From: an uncultured Gammaproteobacteria bacterium
GTDB taxonomy: Bacteria; Pseudomonadota; Gammaproteobacteria; DRLM01
DNA: 64,000 nt
Assembly: GCA_963729605.1 (NCBI GenBank)
Contig: CAVSNY010000002.1
Span: forward strand, 1-64,000
Direction of reading: 5' to 3'
The stretch's first letter is position 1; the number at the start of each line of letters is the position of its first letter. The notes under the pieces were generated by a model that worked only from the letters and a program-made list of their open reading frames with translations, made no database searches and was not told the origin of the DNA. The position numbers and the translations under genes were made by a program. Shown here one piece after another: positions 1-10,603 of the stretch.

Positions 1-93
1 GGCGCACTCACTTGGGCAACCCCGACAAGTAGTTGAACAAATCCTCGATGCGCTTCACTTGAGGTATTGGCTTTGTATAGCATTTTTTAGAGA

Positions 94-522
94 TCATTGT
101 TTTCTAAACCCCCTTGCGATCCAATTAACAGACCACCCAAGAATGTAAACCGTGCCTACCATAGCAAACCAAATTCCCAGCCAAGTCCCGGTTATTTGGA
201 AATAGCCCAAGATCTTTTTTGTTCTCACATCTTCATACATTCGATGGATTTTATTTTCATCAAGAGTGATTTTCGTCGTATTCGGGATTTTGTTGAGTTC
301 CTCTTCGGTCTCTTTTACCGTCTTACCATTCAGTAGATTCTCAACCGAAAGGACCTCAAATAAATCTAGATCGCCGTTCTTGCGAAGCTGCACTACCAAG
401 CCTTCCATGAGTTCCTTGTTGGTCGGAAGATAGGTGACTGTAAAGAATCCTGTCGGTACAAGTAATAAGCACGAAAACACTACCCAGAGTCGTTGCCAAC
501 CATTCAGTTTCAATGAGGTCAT
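94..522 (-). CDS. Hypothetical membrane protein (two hydrophobic segments), AT-rich
   Basis: 142-aa ORF with N- and C-terminal hydrophobic stretches, in a visibly AT-rich stretch unlike the rest of the window. Confidence 0.65.
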   Translation of the reverse strand: MTSLKLNGWQRLWVVFSCLLLVPTGFFTVTYLPTNKELMEGLVVQLRKNGDLDLFEVLSVENLLNGKTVKETEEELNKIPNTTKITLDENKIHRMYEDVRTKKILGYFQITGTWLGIWFAMVGTVYILGWSVNWIARGFRKQ

Positions 523-1019
523 TGTTGATCTCTAATTTGAAGTAGACATCCTAATTGACGCCTTATAATCCGTAGCTCTGTGTTCTAAATTATTTTCCCA
601 TGACCAAAGTATCTTAATTTCAATAAGCAAATCAATTTTAAAATGTCCTATTTAGCTAGGACTAATAAGCCAGACAGTTCTCTCGCCCGCGTAATGCCCG
701 TATCCGGCGACACTCCATTCAACTGGGCTTGCAGTTTTTTCGTGAAGACGACGCGGACTACAAACCCTGTTCATCACGCATGCGCACGCCGCGCGTTTCA
801 CCTAAACCATCACCGAGAAAATAACCCAAGCCACCAAGCTGTCCGTCGCTCAGGGTTTTTTCCTCTGATTAAAGCCGCTCCCCCTCCCTCCCGATAACCG
901 CTCCATCGGCGCTGGATGCCGATTGATTGGGATGTCTTGAGGAGTGCGGTTCCATGGTGCGGGACGTGAGCATGACTCCGCTACGGCCATGGAGGCCTTT
1001 CCGCCGGGTAGGGGGAAAG

Positions 1020-4000
1020 ATGCGCGGTTACGCCGCCATCGCAGCGGTATTTTCAATATTGATGGCTGGCTGGCCGGGTCTCGCCGAGGTGCGGGCCGCG
1101 TCGTCGGCGGCTGTCGATTCGGGGGTGCGTTCCCTTACTCAAATCGAATACGCCGGACGTAAGCCGACGCCGCTGGCGCGCGGTTTGACGGGCGCGGCCA
1201 ACGATGCCGCCGCGGTGCAATTCGTCCAAGGCGTGGTCCATCTCGATCCCCGTTATCTGCCGGTCTTGCGCGGCGATGAAGGCCATGTGCTGCTGCAATT
1301 CCGGGGGCCGCTCGACGCGGAACAACAACGGCGCCTGACCGAACACGGTGTAGCCCTGCTCGAATACATTCCCCGCAACACTTGGAAGGCGCGGGTGCGC
1401 AGCGCATCGCTGGCGGCCGTGCGCGGTCTGGATTTCGTCCAGGCGGTCGGCTCGATTTATCCGGTCGATAAATTGCCGGCGGCGATCCTCGCCGGGGATT
1501 TTCATCCCCGCTCGCTCAACGCCGACGGCAGTTTGAGTCTCGAAGTGTATTTCCATCCCGGTGTCGATTACGCCCGCGCGGCGGCCTTGCTGGCGGGGAT
1601 CGGCGCCGCGCCGGTCCAGGCCGATTTTTTGAGCGGCCGGCATTTGACGGTGCGCCTGCCGCAGAATCGGGTGATCGACCTGTTGGCCCTCGACAGCGTG
1701 GCGTGGGTGGAGGATCGCGAGGCGCCCAAGGCGAGACAGAACTCGGGCGCGGCGGCGCTCTCTCATGTGGACGTTTTGTGGCGGGCGCCGGCCAACCTCA
1801 GCGGCGCCGGTCTGGCCGTCGGCATGTGGGACGAGGGTCTGGTGGACGTTACTCACCCGGACCTGGCGAGCCATGTGGCCACCGGCGAGCCCGGTAACGT
1901 GGTGGGTCACGCCACGCACGTGGCCGGCACGTTGACCGGTTCGGGCGCCGGCAACAGCAGCGCGCGGGGCATGGCGCCCGCCGCCGCGGTGTGGTCCTAC
2001 GACTACTTCGGCGACCCGGTGGCGGAACACGCCGCCGCCCGCAAGGACCGCGGGATCGCGGTGGCCAATAATTCCTGGGGTTATCTCGCCGGCTGGCAAT
2101 CGAATTATTACAACGACGGGTATTGGGTGTGGTTCGGCGGCGCCGCCAACCAGCGCGACCCGGATTTCGGCGGTTATTCCTCGTTGACCCGCAATTGGGA
2201 CCGGCTGGTGTACGACACCGAACTGGTGGTGGTGAAGTCGGCGGGGAATGACCGCAACGAGCACGGGGCCGCGGGCCGCGCCCATCGCCACTACGGCGAC
2301 AGCACGACGCTGCATTACGATCACCACGATGCGGACGGCGATTATCGCAGCATCGGCCAGATCGCCACGGCCAAGAACGTGATCACGGTGGGCGCGGTGG
2401 ACCATGCCGGCGCCATGACCGCGTACAGCGCCTGGGGTCCCACCAACGACGGCCGGCTCAAGCCGGATGTGGTGGCCAAGGGCCAGGACGTGTATTCCAC
2501 GTATCTCGCGGGCGGTTACACCTCTTTGAACGGCACGTCGATGGCGACGCCGACCGTCAGCGGCGCCATCGCCCTGCTTATGGAGAGATACCGCAAGGTC
2601 ACCGGCAGCGTGGCGCCGCCGCCGGCCCACCTGATCCGCGCCCTGGTGGCCAACACCGCCACCGATCTCGGCACGCCGGGACCGGATTACGCCTATGGCT
2701 GGGGCCTGCTCGACGCGCAGGCCGCCCTCCGGGTGATCGACAGCGACGGTGGGGCCGGCCGCCGTTTTATCATCGACAGTATTCTGCAGGGTGTGGCGCG
2801 TCGCTACGACATCGAGGTCGGCGCCAATGCCGGGCCCCTGAAAATCAGCCTGGCCTGGACCGATCCGCCGGGCTCGCCCGGCGCCGGCGCCGCCTTGGTG
2901 AATGACTTGGACATCCGGCTGATCAGCCCCGCCGGGACGGTGTACCACCCTTACAGCCTGGCTGGATTGCGCGACCCCGCCGCGCCGGCCACCGCCCTCG
3001 GCCCCAATACCGTGGACAATCTCGAGCAGGTGCTGGTCGGGTCGCCGCAGGCCGGGCGGTGGCAGGTGGAGGTCCGCGGGACGCGGGTGCAGGGTTTGCA
3101 GTCCTATTCCCTGGTAAACAACCTCGACATGCCCGCCGACAACCTCCCGCCCGGCGGCGGTTATGTGGTCGTCAATCAAGGCGGCGAATATGCGCTCTCG
3201 GCCAAGGTGATGGTGTTTTTGGCGGGTTATGACAACCAGGGCGTGACCGGCTATTACTTGTCCGAAAATCCGGCGCGGCCGGTGTTGAGTCAATTCACCA
3301 CGGTGGACACCGTCGCGCGTCTCAGCCTCAATGTGCCTCATACGTTCTCCGCCGGTGACGGCGGCAAGACGCTTTATCTCTGGCTGCGCGACGCCTCCGG
3401 CAACATCAGCGAGGCGGTGTCGACCACGGTGAAACTGGACACCCGGCCGCCGGATCCGCCGCGGCTCGCCGTGAAGTCCGGGACCCAGGGCGCGCGGCCT
3501 CACTGGGAGTGGACATCGGGGGGCAATGGGATGGGCACCTTCCGCTACAAGCTCAATGATCCGCGTTTAAACGTGGGTGTCGCTGAAAGTCGGGATGTGG
3601 CCTTTATCCCCGGCGCGCCTTTGAGCCCGGGCACCCATGTCCTATACGTGCAGGAACGCGACGAAGCGGGTCATTGGTCGGCCGCGAGCCAGGCGAGCAT
3701 CACGATCACGGCGGAGGAATGGGACTCGTCGCAAATCGGAGCGAGCGGCGGCACCGTGCCGCTGCCACCCAGCCTGCGGGCCCTGACACCGGTGAACAAT
3801 CCCTTGCCGCGCTGGTTATGGAATTCTATAAACGGCGGCGGTATTTTCCGGCTGCGATTGGACGAGGCCGATCTCAGCGGCGCGGCGGAGACCACCGCGA
3901 CCGCGTTCGTCCCCGCGGCGCCGTTGGCCGACGGTCTGCACACGCTGCATATCCAGGAACGCGGCGCCGGCGGGTTGTGGTCGCCGGTGATCTCTTTCGC

Positions 4001-4418
4001 GGTCATGGTGGACACCGCCGCGCCGGTCACCACCGCCAGCATCACGGCCGCGGCCGCGGCCGCCACCCAGTGGGTGAGTTTGCATTGCGACGACATCGGC
4101 GCCGGCTGCGCGGCCACCTATTACACCTTGGACGGCAGCGTGCCCACGCCCCAGTCGCAGCGGTATAAGGGGATGATTCCGGTGAGCGCCAACACGACCC
4201 TGCGTTTCCTGTCGTTTGATCAGGCGGGCAACGTCGAGCCGGATCGCGTCGAGACTTATCTGGTCGGCGAGCCCGCCCAGGCCGCCAGCGGCGGGGGCGG
4301 CGGTAGTCTGTTCGCGGAATTGCTGCTGATGCTCGGCGCGCTCCCGTTGTTGGCGGCGCGGCGGCGCCGGGTTTTGGCGATCGCCGGTGACGCCCGGTTT
4401 ATTCGGCGCGGGTGCTGA
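1020..4418 (+). CDS. Secreted S8 (subtilisin-like) serine peptidase with beta-sandwich/Fn3-associated C-terminal domains and a GlyGly-CTERM-like tail
   Basis: Catalytic motifs MWDEG (Asp), HATHVAGT (His), GTSMATP (Ser), plus KSAGN and GRLKPDVVA. Signal peptide from ATG 1020 after a G-rich RBS. YYTLDGSVPT domain. Ends SGGGGGS-hydrophobic helix-RRRR. Confidence 0.9.
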   Translation: MRGYAAIAAVFSILMAGWPGLAEVRAASSAAVDSGVRSLTQIEYAGRKPTPLARGLTGAANDAAAVQFVQGVVHLDPRYLPVLRGDEGHVLLQFRGPLDAEQQRRLTEHGVALLEYIPRNTWKARVRSASLAAVRGLDFVQAVGSIYPVDKLPAAILAGDFHPRSLNADGSLSLEVYFHPGVDYARAAALLAGIGAAPVQADFLSGRHLTVRLPQNRVIDLLALDSVAWVEDREAPKARQNSGAAALSHVDVLWRAPANLSGAGLAVGMWDEGLVDVTHPDLASHVATGEPGNVVGHATHVAGTLTGSGAGNSSARGMAPAAAVWSYDYFGDPVAEHAAARKDRGIAVANNSWGYLAGWQSNYYNDGYWVWFGGAANQRDPDFGGYSSLTRNWDRLVYDTELVVVKSAGNDRNEHGAAGRAHRHYGDSTTLHYDHHDADGDYRSIGQIATAKNVITVGAVDHAGAMTAYSAWGPTNDGRLKPDVVAKGQDVYSTYLAGGYTSLNGTSMATPTVSGAIALLMERYRKVTGSVAPPPAHLIRALVANTATDLGTPGPDYAYGWGLLDAQAALRVIDSDGGAGRRFIIDSILQGVARRYDIEVGANAGPLKISLAWTDPPGSPGAGAALVNDLDIRLISPAGTVYHPYSLAGLRDPAAPATALGPNTVDNLEQVLVGSPQAGRWQVEVRGTRVQGLQSYSLVNNLDMPADNLPPGGGYVVVNQGGEYALSAKVMVFLAGYDNQGVTGYYLSENPARPVLSQFTTVDTVARLSLNVPHTFSAGDGGKTLYLWLRDASGNISEAVSTTVKLDTRPPDPPRLAVKSGTQGARPHWEWTSGGNGMGTFRYKLNDPRLNVGVAESRDVAFIPGAPLSPGTHVLYVQERDEAGHWSAASQASITITAEEWDSSQIGASGGTVPLPPSLRALTPVNNPLPRWLWNSINGGGIFRLRLDEADLSGAAETTATAFVPAAPLADGLHTLHIQERGAGGLWSPVISFAVMVDTAAPVTTASITAAAAAATQWVSLHCDDIGAGCAATYYTLDGSVPTPQSQRYKGMIPVSANTTLRFLSFDQAGNVEPDRVETYLVGEPAQAASGGGGGSLFAELLLMLGALPLLAARRRRVLAIAGDARFIRRGC

Positions 4419-4881
4419 TCACCTCGAAGCGCTGGCGCGACTCGCCGCGCATCTGCACGGTGGATTTGAAATAGGCCCGTTCACGGACATCCCGGGCCTG
4501 GCCCGGCGGGATTTTCGGTTTCAGGTTGACCGTGGTTTGATCGACGACCTCGCAGTGCCCGTCACTCATGCAGTCTTCGATGGAGATGCGCAGCACCACT
4601 TCCATGAGGGTGTAGTCCGGCGAGTGATTGCGCAAACGCCCCGACAAATCTTTCACGCCGCGCCCCGCTTCCGTTAAACGCATATCGGCCAATTCCACTT
4701 CGGAGGGCGCGATCCGTTGCTTGGATTGGCCCAGCTCATGGTCTTGATACCAGGCGAAGAAGGCGATGATGCCGACGATCACCACCAGCGCGATGGGCAC
4801 GGCGCGGCGCAGGTCTTTTTTGGTGATGAGAACGGCGAGGAGGATCACCGTGAAAATCAGCCCGAACAATCCCCAGATCAT
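4399..4881 (-). CDS. Hypothetical membrane-anchored protein (two TM helices then a periplasmic beta domain with a Cys pair)
   Basis: ORF 4399..5322 trimmed to ATG 4881 (MIWGLFG...), which follows a CAGGAAAG RBS-like sequence. Confidence 0.75.
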   Translation of the reverse strand: MIWGLFGLIFTVILLAVLITKKDLRRAVPIALVVIVGIIAFFAWYQDHELGQSKQRIAPSEVELADMRLTEAGRGVKDLSGRLRNHSPDYTLMEVVLRISIEDCMSDGHCEVVDQTTVNLKPKIPPGQARDVRERAYFKSTVQMRGESRQRFEVISTRAE

Positions 4882-5142
4882 GCTGTGTCTTTCCTGAAAG
4901 TGGTCGAGGCGTCGCTGAGTATAACAGCCTTGGGATACCCGCCGGTTTATCGGGGGCGAGCATGGCCGCGCGCCACGAGTATGGGCCGGTGCGCCGAGAG
5001 GGCGGAGCATGTTCACCAGGGATGTGAAATAGGGGTGAGCTGCGCCGCTATGCCGCGGCCGGCGGCGGATCGGGTGGGTGTGGCCCTTCGCCATGGAGGG
5101 AACATTTACCGTGCGGTGAAAAATTAAAGCTGTTTTATTATC

Positions 5143-5272
5143 CCGCTCCCCGATCGAGAAGGGACGGCGCGCTGGCGACGGGGTGGTGGTTTCAAAGCAG
5201 GGTGAAACATACCGCCCGGGTGTCTCACCGTGTAGTAACACCTCGCCCCCCTTGATACTAAATACTAGGGGG
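5143..5272. repeat. GC-rich palindromic REP-like element (degenerate)
   Basis: CTCCCCGATCGAGAAGGGACGGCGCGCTGGCGACGGGGTGGT resembles the copy at 28062-28107. Confidence 0.4.
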
Positions 5273-5297
5273 ATGGCTGTTCTGAATGGATGACCCG

Positions 5298-5648
5298 CTA
5301 CGCCAGGACATCCACTCCCCATGCCGATCGGGCCCGACTTGGGTCGGACAGGGCGTCGGCGCCGGATCCGCGCCGCTCGCCGTGCCGCCGTTCGTGGTGG
5401 CCGCGGGTGTCGAGCAGCACCGCGCGGCGCGCCCAGCGGCGTTGATGGCGGCGGCGGTCGTTACGACGGCGATTATTCTTCGACGTTTGTCCCGCTGATC
5501 CGCCCACGAGCGGGACGGGTTCGGCGGGCCGCTCTTCTATGGCGGGAGTGGCGGTGACCGGCGTGACGGTACCGGCCGCACGGGCGGCATTGCTTTCCTG
5601 AAGCCGGTGCAATCCGGCATCGTCGCGGGGGATGGGACCTATGGTCAT
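5298..5648 (-). CDS. Small Arg-rich hypothetical protein (RRxxDRR...LLDTR...ERR motif)
   Basis: ORF from ATG 5648 with repeated (D/E)RR motifs around LLDTRG; start uncertain (TTG 5663 is an alternative). Confidence 0.55.
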   Translation of the reverse strand: MTIGPIPRDDAGLHRLQESNAARAAGTVTPVTATPAIEERPAEPVPLVGGSAGQTSKNNRRRNDRRRHQRRWARRAVLLDTRGHHERRHGERRGSGADALSDPSRARSAWGVDVLA

Positions 5649-6029
5649 GAGATCACTTCGCAAGACGGCTTAAATCTAATTATCAAATAGGCCGGGCGTT
5701 CGTCAACCCGGGGTATCCGGGCCTTTATTGTAATGGCTTGAAATGTAATAAGGCGTAATCACGGACGCGGCTGCCGGGCATGCGGCCTGAAATGGGGAGG
5801 CGCGTTATTGTAGTATTCACGGGCGCGTGAACATATCCCCGCCATTTTGCGCCCGGGTAGCGAGAGATTAACCACAGCGGGATGGGGGCGGAGGCCCGAT
5901 GGATCACCCGTTCGTTCCGGGTCGGTTACAATGTCCTCGCTTTAGCGTAAGCCGATGTAGCCGATAAGGAAATAGGCTTACTCGAACGCTTTTCCGCGTG
6001 CGTGGGGGATAAATTTAAGGAGTGTATGA

Positions 6030-7178
6030 ATGATTCATAACAATATCCCCGGCTGGCGGCGCTGGGCGGGTTTGGCCTGGCTGGTGTTGATATTGAGCGG
6101 CTGCGCGGTGGTGGGAGGGAAAAAAGAGGCGGAGCTGAGCCCGGGCATCAAACTCCATGGGCCGCTGAGCGTGGAAGAAGTGGCGCGACTGCCGCCGGCC
6201 GAGCAAATCCGTTATTTCACCGATAATGTTTATTTGGCCGCGACCAATCGCGGCGGTGCCGGCGAGGCGCGGGCCGAGGCCGCCACGGCCGCCTTGCGTC
6301 ACCTGCAAGATAGTCTGAACAAAGAGGAATTTCTGCGCTTTTGGGTAGGCGTGGACGGCGATTTTTTCGGGCGTGTGAACGCCGCCTTGGAATTTACCGA
6401 CTACACCCGGCCTCAAGCCGCCTTGGATGAGCGGCGGGTGCGCACGGCCTACAACCTCGCCGCACGGCATCTGGAGGTGGTGAAGAATCTCGGCGAGGCG
6501 CGTCAGCGCGCCATGACGTATTTGATCGAACTGGCCAGCAAGGGCGAGAGCGAGGCCTGCTTCGCCTTTCACAAGGCGTATAAAGATTATCCCAATCCGC
6601 TGCACGCCGACACCGAGCTGACCTGGCCGCAAGTGGACGGCAAACCCTTTCGCAAATCGATGTGGGCGGGCTCGGGAGAGGCGACGGTCGGCGGCAAGGT
6701 CGTGCAAATCGCCATTCCCGCCGAAGTGGTGCTGGGCTGCCGCACGATTTTGCATCCGCCCGCTACGGTGACCGCTGGGGTGGTGGAGGATGTCAAACAG
6801 TTTTTTGCCGGCATCAAACTCGGCCGCGACTTTAACCTGGCCGGTTATAACCAGCGCAAAGAGGCCTGGCGGCGCGACATCACCCAGCAGGCGTTGTCGG
6901 CCGCGGAAAAACTGCGTTTGGAGAAGATCCGTATCGTCAACGTGGTGGATGTGTACCAGATTTATCCGCCCGAGCTGGATTATGAATACGAGCTGGCGGC
7001 CGGTAACGGCACCTTATCCGAGCGGGTGGCGGCCGGCATACTCGCCGAGCAGGAGGCCTTCGTGGTGGAGCAGCGTATTCACGAGCGCGCGGTGCTGCTG
7101 ACCGGCGTGGGCATTACGCCGCAAGGCACGCCCATGGCGTTTCTGCAAATGGTCTCGGATCGCGCCGCGAAAAAATAG
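6030..7178 (+). CDS. Hypothetical lipoprotein
   Basis: Strong AAGGAG RBS; lipobox LSGC after a hydrophobic segment; 382 aa; no family recognised. Confidence 0.8.
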   Translation: MIHNNIPGWRRWAGLAWLVLILSGCAVVGGKKEAELSPGIKLHGPLSVEEVARLPPAEQIRYFTDNVYLAATNRGGAGEARAEAATAALRHLQDSLNKEEFLRFWVGVDGDFFGRVNAALEFTDYTRPQAALDERRVRTAYNLAARHLEVVKNLGEARQRAMTYLIELASKGESEACFAFHKAYKDYPNPLHADTELTWPQVDGKPFRKSMWAGSGEATVGGKVVQIAIPAEVVLGCRTILHPPATVTAGVVEDVKQFFAGIKLGRDFNLAGYNQRKEAWRRDITQQALSAAEKLRLEKIRIVNVVDVYQIYPPELDYEYELAAGNGTLSERVAAGILAEQEAFVVEQRIHERAVLLTGVGITPQGTPMAFLQMVSDRAAKK

Positions 7179-7204
7179 GCCGGAAGCGGCTATTGCCCCC
7201 GCGA

Positions 7205-8029
7205 TCAAGTGGTCAGCAGTTGAACGTTGTCCGGCACTTCGATTTCCACCGCGATGGGCAGGTGATCGGAGATGGCGTGATTGAGCACTTGCAGATTGGT
7301 GACCTTCAGCGATGGCGTGGTGAGGATATGGTCGATATTGCGTATCGGCCGCCAGCTCGGGAAGGTGTGCAGGATATGGGTGGGTTCGCAAAGATGAGAG
7401 ACGGCCATTAGGCGCTCCATTTCCCGGCTCTGGGGCGCGCAGTTGAAATCGCCCATCACCACCGCGTGTTCATAATCGCAGACCAGTTCACCCAGAAAAC
7501 CCAATTGCCGTTCGCGGGTGCGTCGTCCCAGGGCGAGGTGGACCAGGATCAGCATGATGGGGTTGTCGGCATGGCCGAAACGCACCGCCATGGCACCGCG
7601 GCCTGGGATGAGGCCCGGCAGTTTGTGCTGTTCGATCATGCTGGGGCGGATGCGGCTGAGCAGGCCGTTGCTGTGCTGCGCGAATTTACCGAGGTCGCGG
7701 TTGGTTTGATGGCACCAGAACGGAAAGTGGCCGCGGCGGGCCAGATACTCCACTTGATTGATGAAATAACTGCGCAAGCTGCCGGCGTCGGCTTCCTGGA
7801 GGGCGACCACGTCATATTGGGAGGCCAGCCGCGCGATGCGGTCCAGGTTGTCGAAGCAGGAATAGTGCGGCAACACGTGTTTCCAACTGCGGGTGAAGTA
7901 GTGATGGGGCCGGGTCGAGGCCACTGCGGTCTGGATATTGTAAGTGAGCAGGCGCAACCGCGACTTGTCGGGTGCGACGCTGCCGGGGTGGGCATGCTCC
8001 TCGATCAGGGCCGGGACGGGTGGGCTCAT
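7205..8029 (-). CDS. Endonuclease/exonuclease/phosphatase (EEP) family protein
   Basis: Motifs LLTYNI, VALQE, VMGDFN, IDHI, SDHLP. Confidence 0.92.
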   Translation of the reverse strand: MSPPVPALIEEHAHPGSVAPDKSRLRLLTYNIQTAVASTRPHHYFTRSWKHVLPHYSCFDNLDRIARLASQYDVVALQEADAGSLRSYFINQVEYLARRGHFPFWCHQTNRDLGKFAQHSNGLLSRIRPSMIEQHKLPGLIPGRGAMAVRFGHADNPIMLILVHLALGRRTRERQLGFLGELVCDYEHAVVMGDFNCAPQSREMERLMAVSHLCEPTHILHTFPSWRPIRNIDHILTTPSLKVTNLQVLNHAISDHLPIAVEIEVPDNVQLLTT

Positions 8030-9657
8030 AGTTGGAAGATCGCCTCGCCGAGTTTGGCAGTCAATTTCAGATTCTCCGTATAATCGACCGGGCAGTCGAT
8101 TATGTTTACGCCGTCGTCGGCCAGCGCACGCCGCAGTATGGGCATCAGCTCCGCGGCGCGGTTCACCCGGTAGCCTTTGGCGCCGAAGGATTCGGCGTAT
8201 TTTACGAAATCCGGGTTATTGAAGTGTACATAGGCCGGCCGGCCGTAGGTACTCATTTGTTTCCATTCGATCAGCCCGTAGCCGCCGTCGTTCCAGATCA
8301 GCACCACCATCGGAATCTTGAGCCGCACCGCGGTTTCGATTTCCTGTGAGTTCATCAAGAAGCCGGCGTCGCCGGTCACCGCCACCACCCGCCGTCCGGG
8401 AAAGGCGAGCTTGGCGCCGACCGCGCCGGGCACGGCGATGCCCATGCTGGCGAAGCCGTTGGAGATGATGCAGGTGTTGGGTTGTTCGCAGCGGAACATC
8501 CGCGCCATCCACATCTTGTGGGCGCCGACGTCGCAGATCACGATATCGTCGAGATCCATCGCGGTGCGGAGATCCCAGATGATTTTCTGCGGCTTGAGCG
8601 GGAAGGCGTCGTCGTCGCGATGTTGATCCATGTCCTCGATCAGCGCCTCGCGCAACGGCCGCAGGGGATGGCCTTGTTGCGGCGTCGCGCGTTCGGCGAT
8701 GCGGCGCAGGCTGTGGCGGAGGTCGCCCACCACGCCCACCGTCACCGAATAGTGGGCATCCACCTCGGCGGGGCTGGCGTCGATGTGGATGATCTGGCGG
8801 TCGCGGGTTGGGTGCCAGAGGCGCGGGTGGTATTCCACCAGATCGTAGCCGACGCAGACGATGACGTCGGCGCGGTTAAAGCCGCTGTTGACGTAATCCT
8901 GCGATTGCAGGCCGACGCTGCCGAGGGCGGTGGGGTGTTTGAAGGGCACCACGCCCTTGGCCATGAAGGTGTTGGCCACCGGAATATTCAGCGCGGCCGC
9001 GAACTCGGCGAGTTCCCGCCAGGCCTGGGCGCGGATCACGCCGTTGCCGGCGAGGATGATGGGGTGGCGCGCCTCGGAGAGGAGGCGGGCGGCGGCCTCC
9101 ACCCGGTCGGCGGCCGGTTCGGGCGTGGTGGGCTGCCGCGCGGGCAAGGGCGCGGCGTCGATCTCCATGTCGGCGAGGTTTTCGGGAAACTCGATGAAGC
9201 AGGCGCCGCTCTTCTCGGTCTGCGCCAATTTAAAGGCCTTGCGCACCACCTCGGGCACGGTGTTGGGCGTCAGCAAACGGGATGAATATTTGGTGACCGG
9301 CGCGAAGATGTTCTTGAGGTCGAGCACCTGATGTGACTCTTTGTGCAGGCGGCTGGTGTCGGCCTGGCCGGCGATGGCGACCAGCGGCGCGTGGTCCATA
9401 TTGGCGTCGGCGACCCCGGTGAGCAGGTTGGTGGCGCCGGGACCGAGGGTGGACAAACAAACCCCGGCCCGCGCGGTGAGGCGGCCGTACACGTCGGCCA
9501 TGAAGGCCGCGCCTTGTTCATGCCGGGTGGTGATGAATTGGATGGGCGAATCCAGCAAGGCGTCCATCAAGGCGAGGTTCTCCTCGCCGGGGATGCCGAA
9601 GATATATTCCACACCTTCGTTTTCGAGACATTTAACGAACAGCTTAGCGGTTTTCAT
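8026..9657 (-). CDS. Acetolactate synthase large subunit-like ThDP enzyme
   Basis: FGIPGEEN, RHEQGAAFMA, GPGATN and the ThDP motif GDAGF...N; no regulatory small subunit adjacent. Confidence 0.9.
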   Translation of the reverse strand: MKTAKLFVKCLENEGVEYIFGIPGEENLALMDALLDSPIQFITTRHEQGAAFMADVYGRLTARAGVCLSTLGPGATNLLTGVADANMDHAPLVAIAGQADTSRLHKESHQVLDLKNIFAPVTKYSSRLLTPNTVPEVVRKAFKLAQTEKSGACFIEFPENLADMEIDAAPLPARQPTTPEPAADRVEAAARLLSEARHPIILAGNGVIRAQAWRELAEFAAALNIPVANTFMAKGVVPFKHPTALGSVGLQSQDYVNSGFNRADVIVCVGYDLVEYHPRLWHPTRDRQIIHIDASPAEVDAHYSVTVGVVGDLRHSLRRIAERATPQQGHPLRPLREALIEDMDQHRDDDAFPLKPQKIIWDLRTAMDLDDIVICDVGAHKMWMARMFRCEQPNTCIISNGFASMGIAVPGAVGAKLAFPGRRVVAVTGDAGFLMNSQEIETAVRLKIPMVVLIWNDGGYGLIEWKQMSTYGRPAYVHFNNPDFVKYAESFGAKGYRVNRAAELMPILRRALADDGVNIIDCPVDYTENLKLTAKLGEAIFQL

Positions 9658-9726
9658 AGGGACTCTGGGCCGGGTCGATCCGCGCGGAAGAGGGCGAGCC
9701 GGCGTGGTGGATTCATACGCCGCCGG

Positions 9727-10356
9727 TCATAGACCTTTGCGTTCCTTGTCGATGAGGAAATCCATGATTTTTACCATCGTGTTGAAGTTGCCATCGACCT
9801 GCCCGCTGTTGAGGAGATATTTGCCATTGATCACCACCGAGGGCGTGGCTTCGGTGGTGTAACGGCGGCTCATTTCCTTGGCGCGCCGCACCTTGGCCTC
9901 CACCGAGAAGGAATTGAACGTCTTTTTGAAGTCGTCGTTGCCGACGCCCTGTTCGGCGAAGAATTCCATCAGGCGTTCTTCGGTATCCAGCCGGCGTTTT
10001 TGCGCGTGGATGGCGTCGAACAGCGGCTTGTGAATTTTGTCGAGCGCCCCCAAGGCCTCGGCGGTGTAGAAGGCGCGGGCGTGGATGACCCAGTGTTCCG
10101 CCAGGGTAGCGGGCATGCGGCGGAATTCCACGTCGGCCGGCAGTTGTTTCGCCCAACGTTCCAGGTAAGGCTGAAAACGATGGCAGTGCGGACAGCCGTA
10201 CCAGAACAGTTCCACCACTTCGATCTTGCCTTTGCTCTCGGTGGGCTGGACGGGGACGATGCGCGTGTAGTCGCGGCCTTCCTGGAATTGGGCCGCCTGG
10301 GTCAGGGCGGGAATCAGCAGCAAGGGCCACAGCCAGCGCAAAGAGATTTTCAACAT
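9727..10356 (-). CDS. dsbA: Thiol:disulfide interchange protein DsbA
   Basis: Signal peptide from ATG 10356, EVVELFWYGCPHC active site, cis-Pro loop ATP, and usual position near engB/polA. Confidence 0.92.
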   Translation of the reverse strand: MLKISLRWLWPLLLIPALTQAAQFQEGRDYTRIVPVQPTESKGKIEVVELFWYGCPHCHRFQPYLERWAKQLPADVEFRRMPATLAEHWVIHARAFYTAEALGALDKIHKPLFDAIHAQKRRLDTEERLMEFFAEQGVGNDDFKKTFNSFSVEAKVRRAKEMSRRYTTEATPSVVINGKYLLNSGQVDGNFNTMVKIMDFLIDKERKGL

Positions 10357-10603
10357 TTCATCACCTGTGTTGTGTCGTGAACGGGAGGTCGGTCGGTGGA
10401 CAGTTTTTAAGGTGCTTGGTTCGGCGCGTGAGCAAACGGCTTGCCGATCCGCGGCGCACACTCGATAATGCCTCGCACTCGGACGGCGCGCAGCGGCCCG
10501 CCGCCTTAATCCGGCCCCTAAGCCTATGCAAGTCGAGGGGGGAGCGCAATACTCTTGCGCCGCCCCGGCAGGGATGGGTCCTACATTCAGCGGAGCATGA
10601 TGC

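Noticed and set aside
660-1019. Possible c-di-GMP riboswitch upstream of the protease (also checked 58100-58415)
   Set aside because: Conserved aptamer core motifs not found
1053-3503. Long antisense ORFs (816 aa here; also 18302-19684, 59001-60968, 31948-32970 and others)
   Set aside because: Shadows of GC-rich genes on the opposite strand; no motifs or RBS
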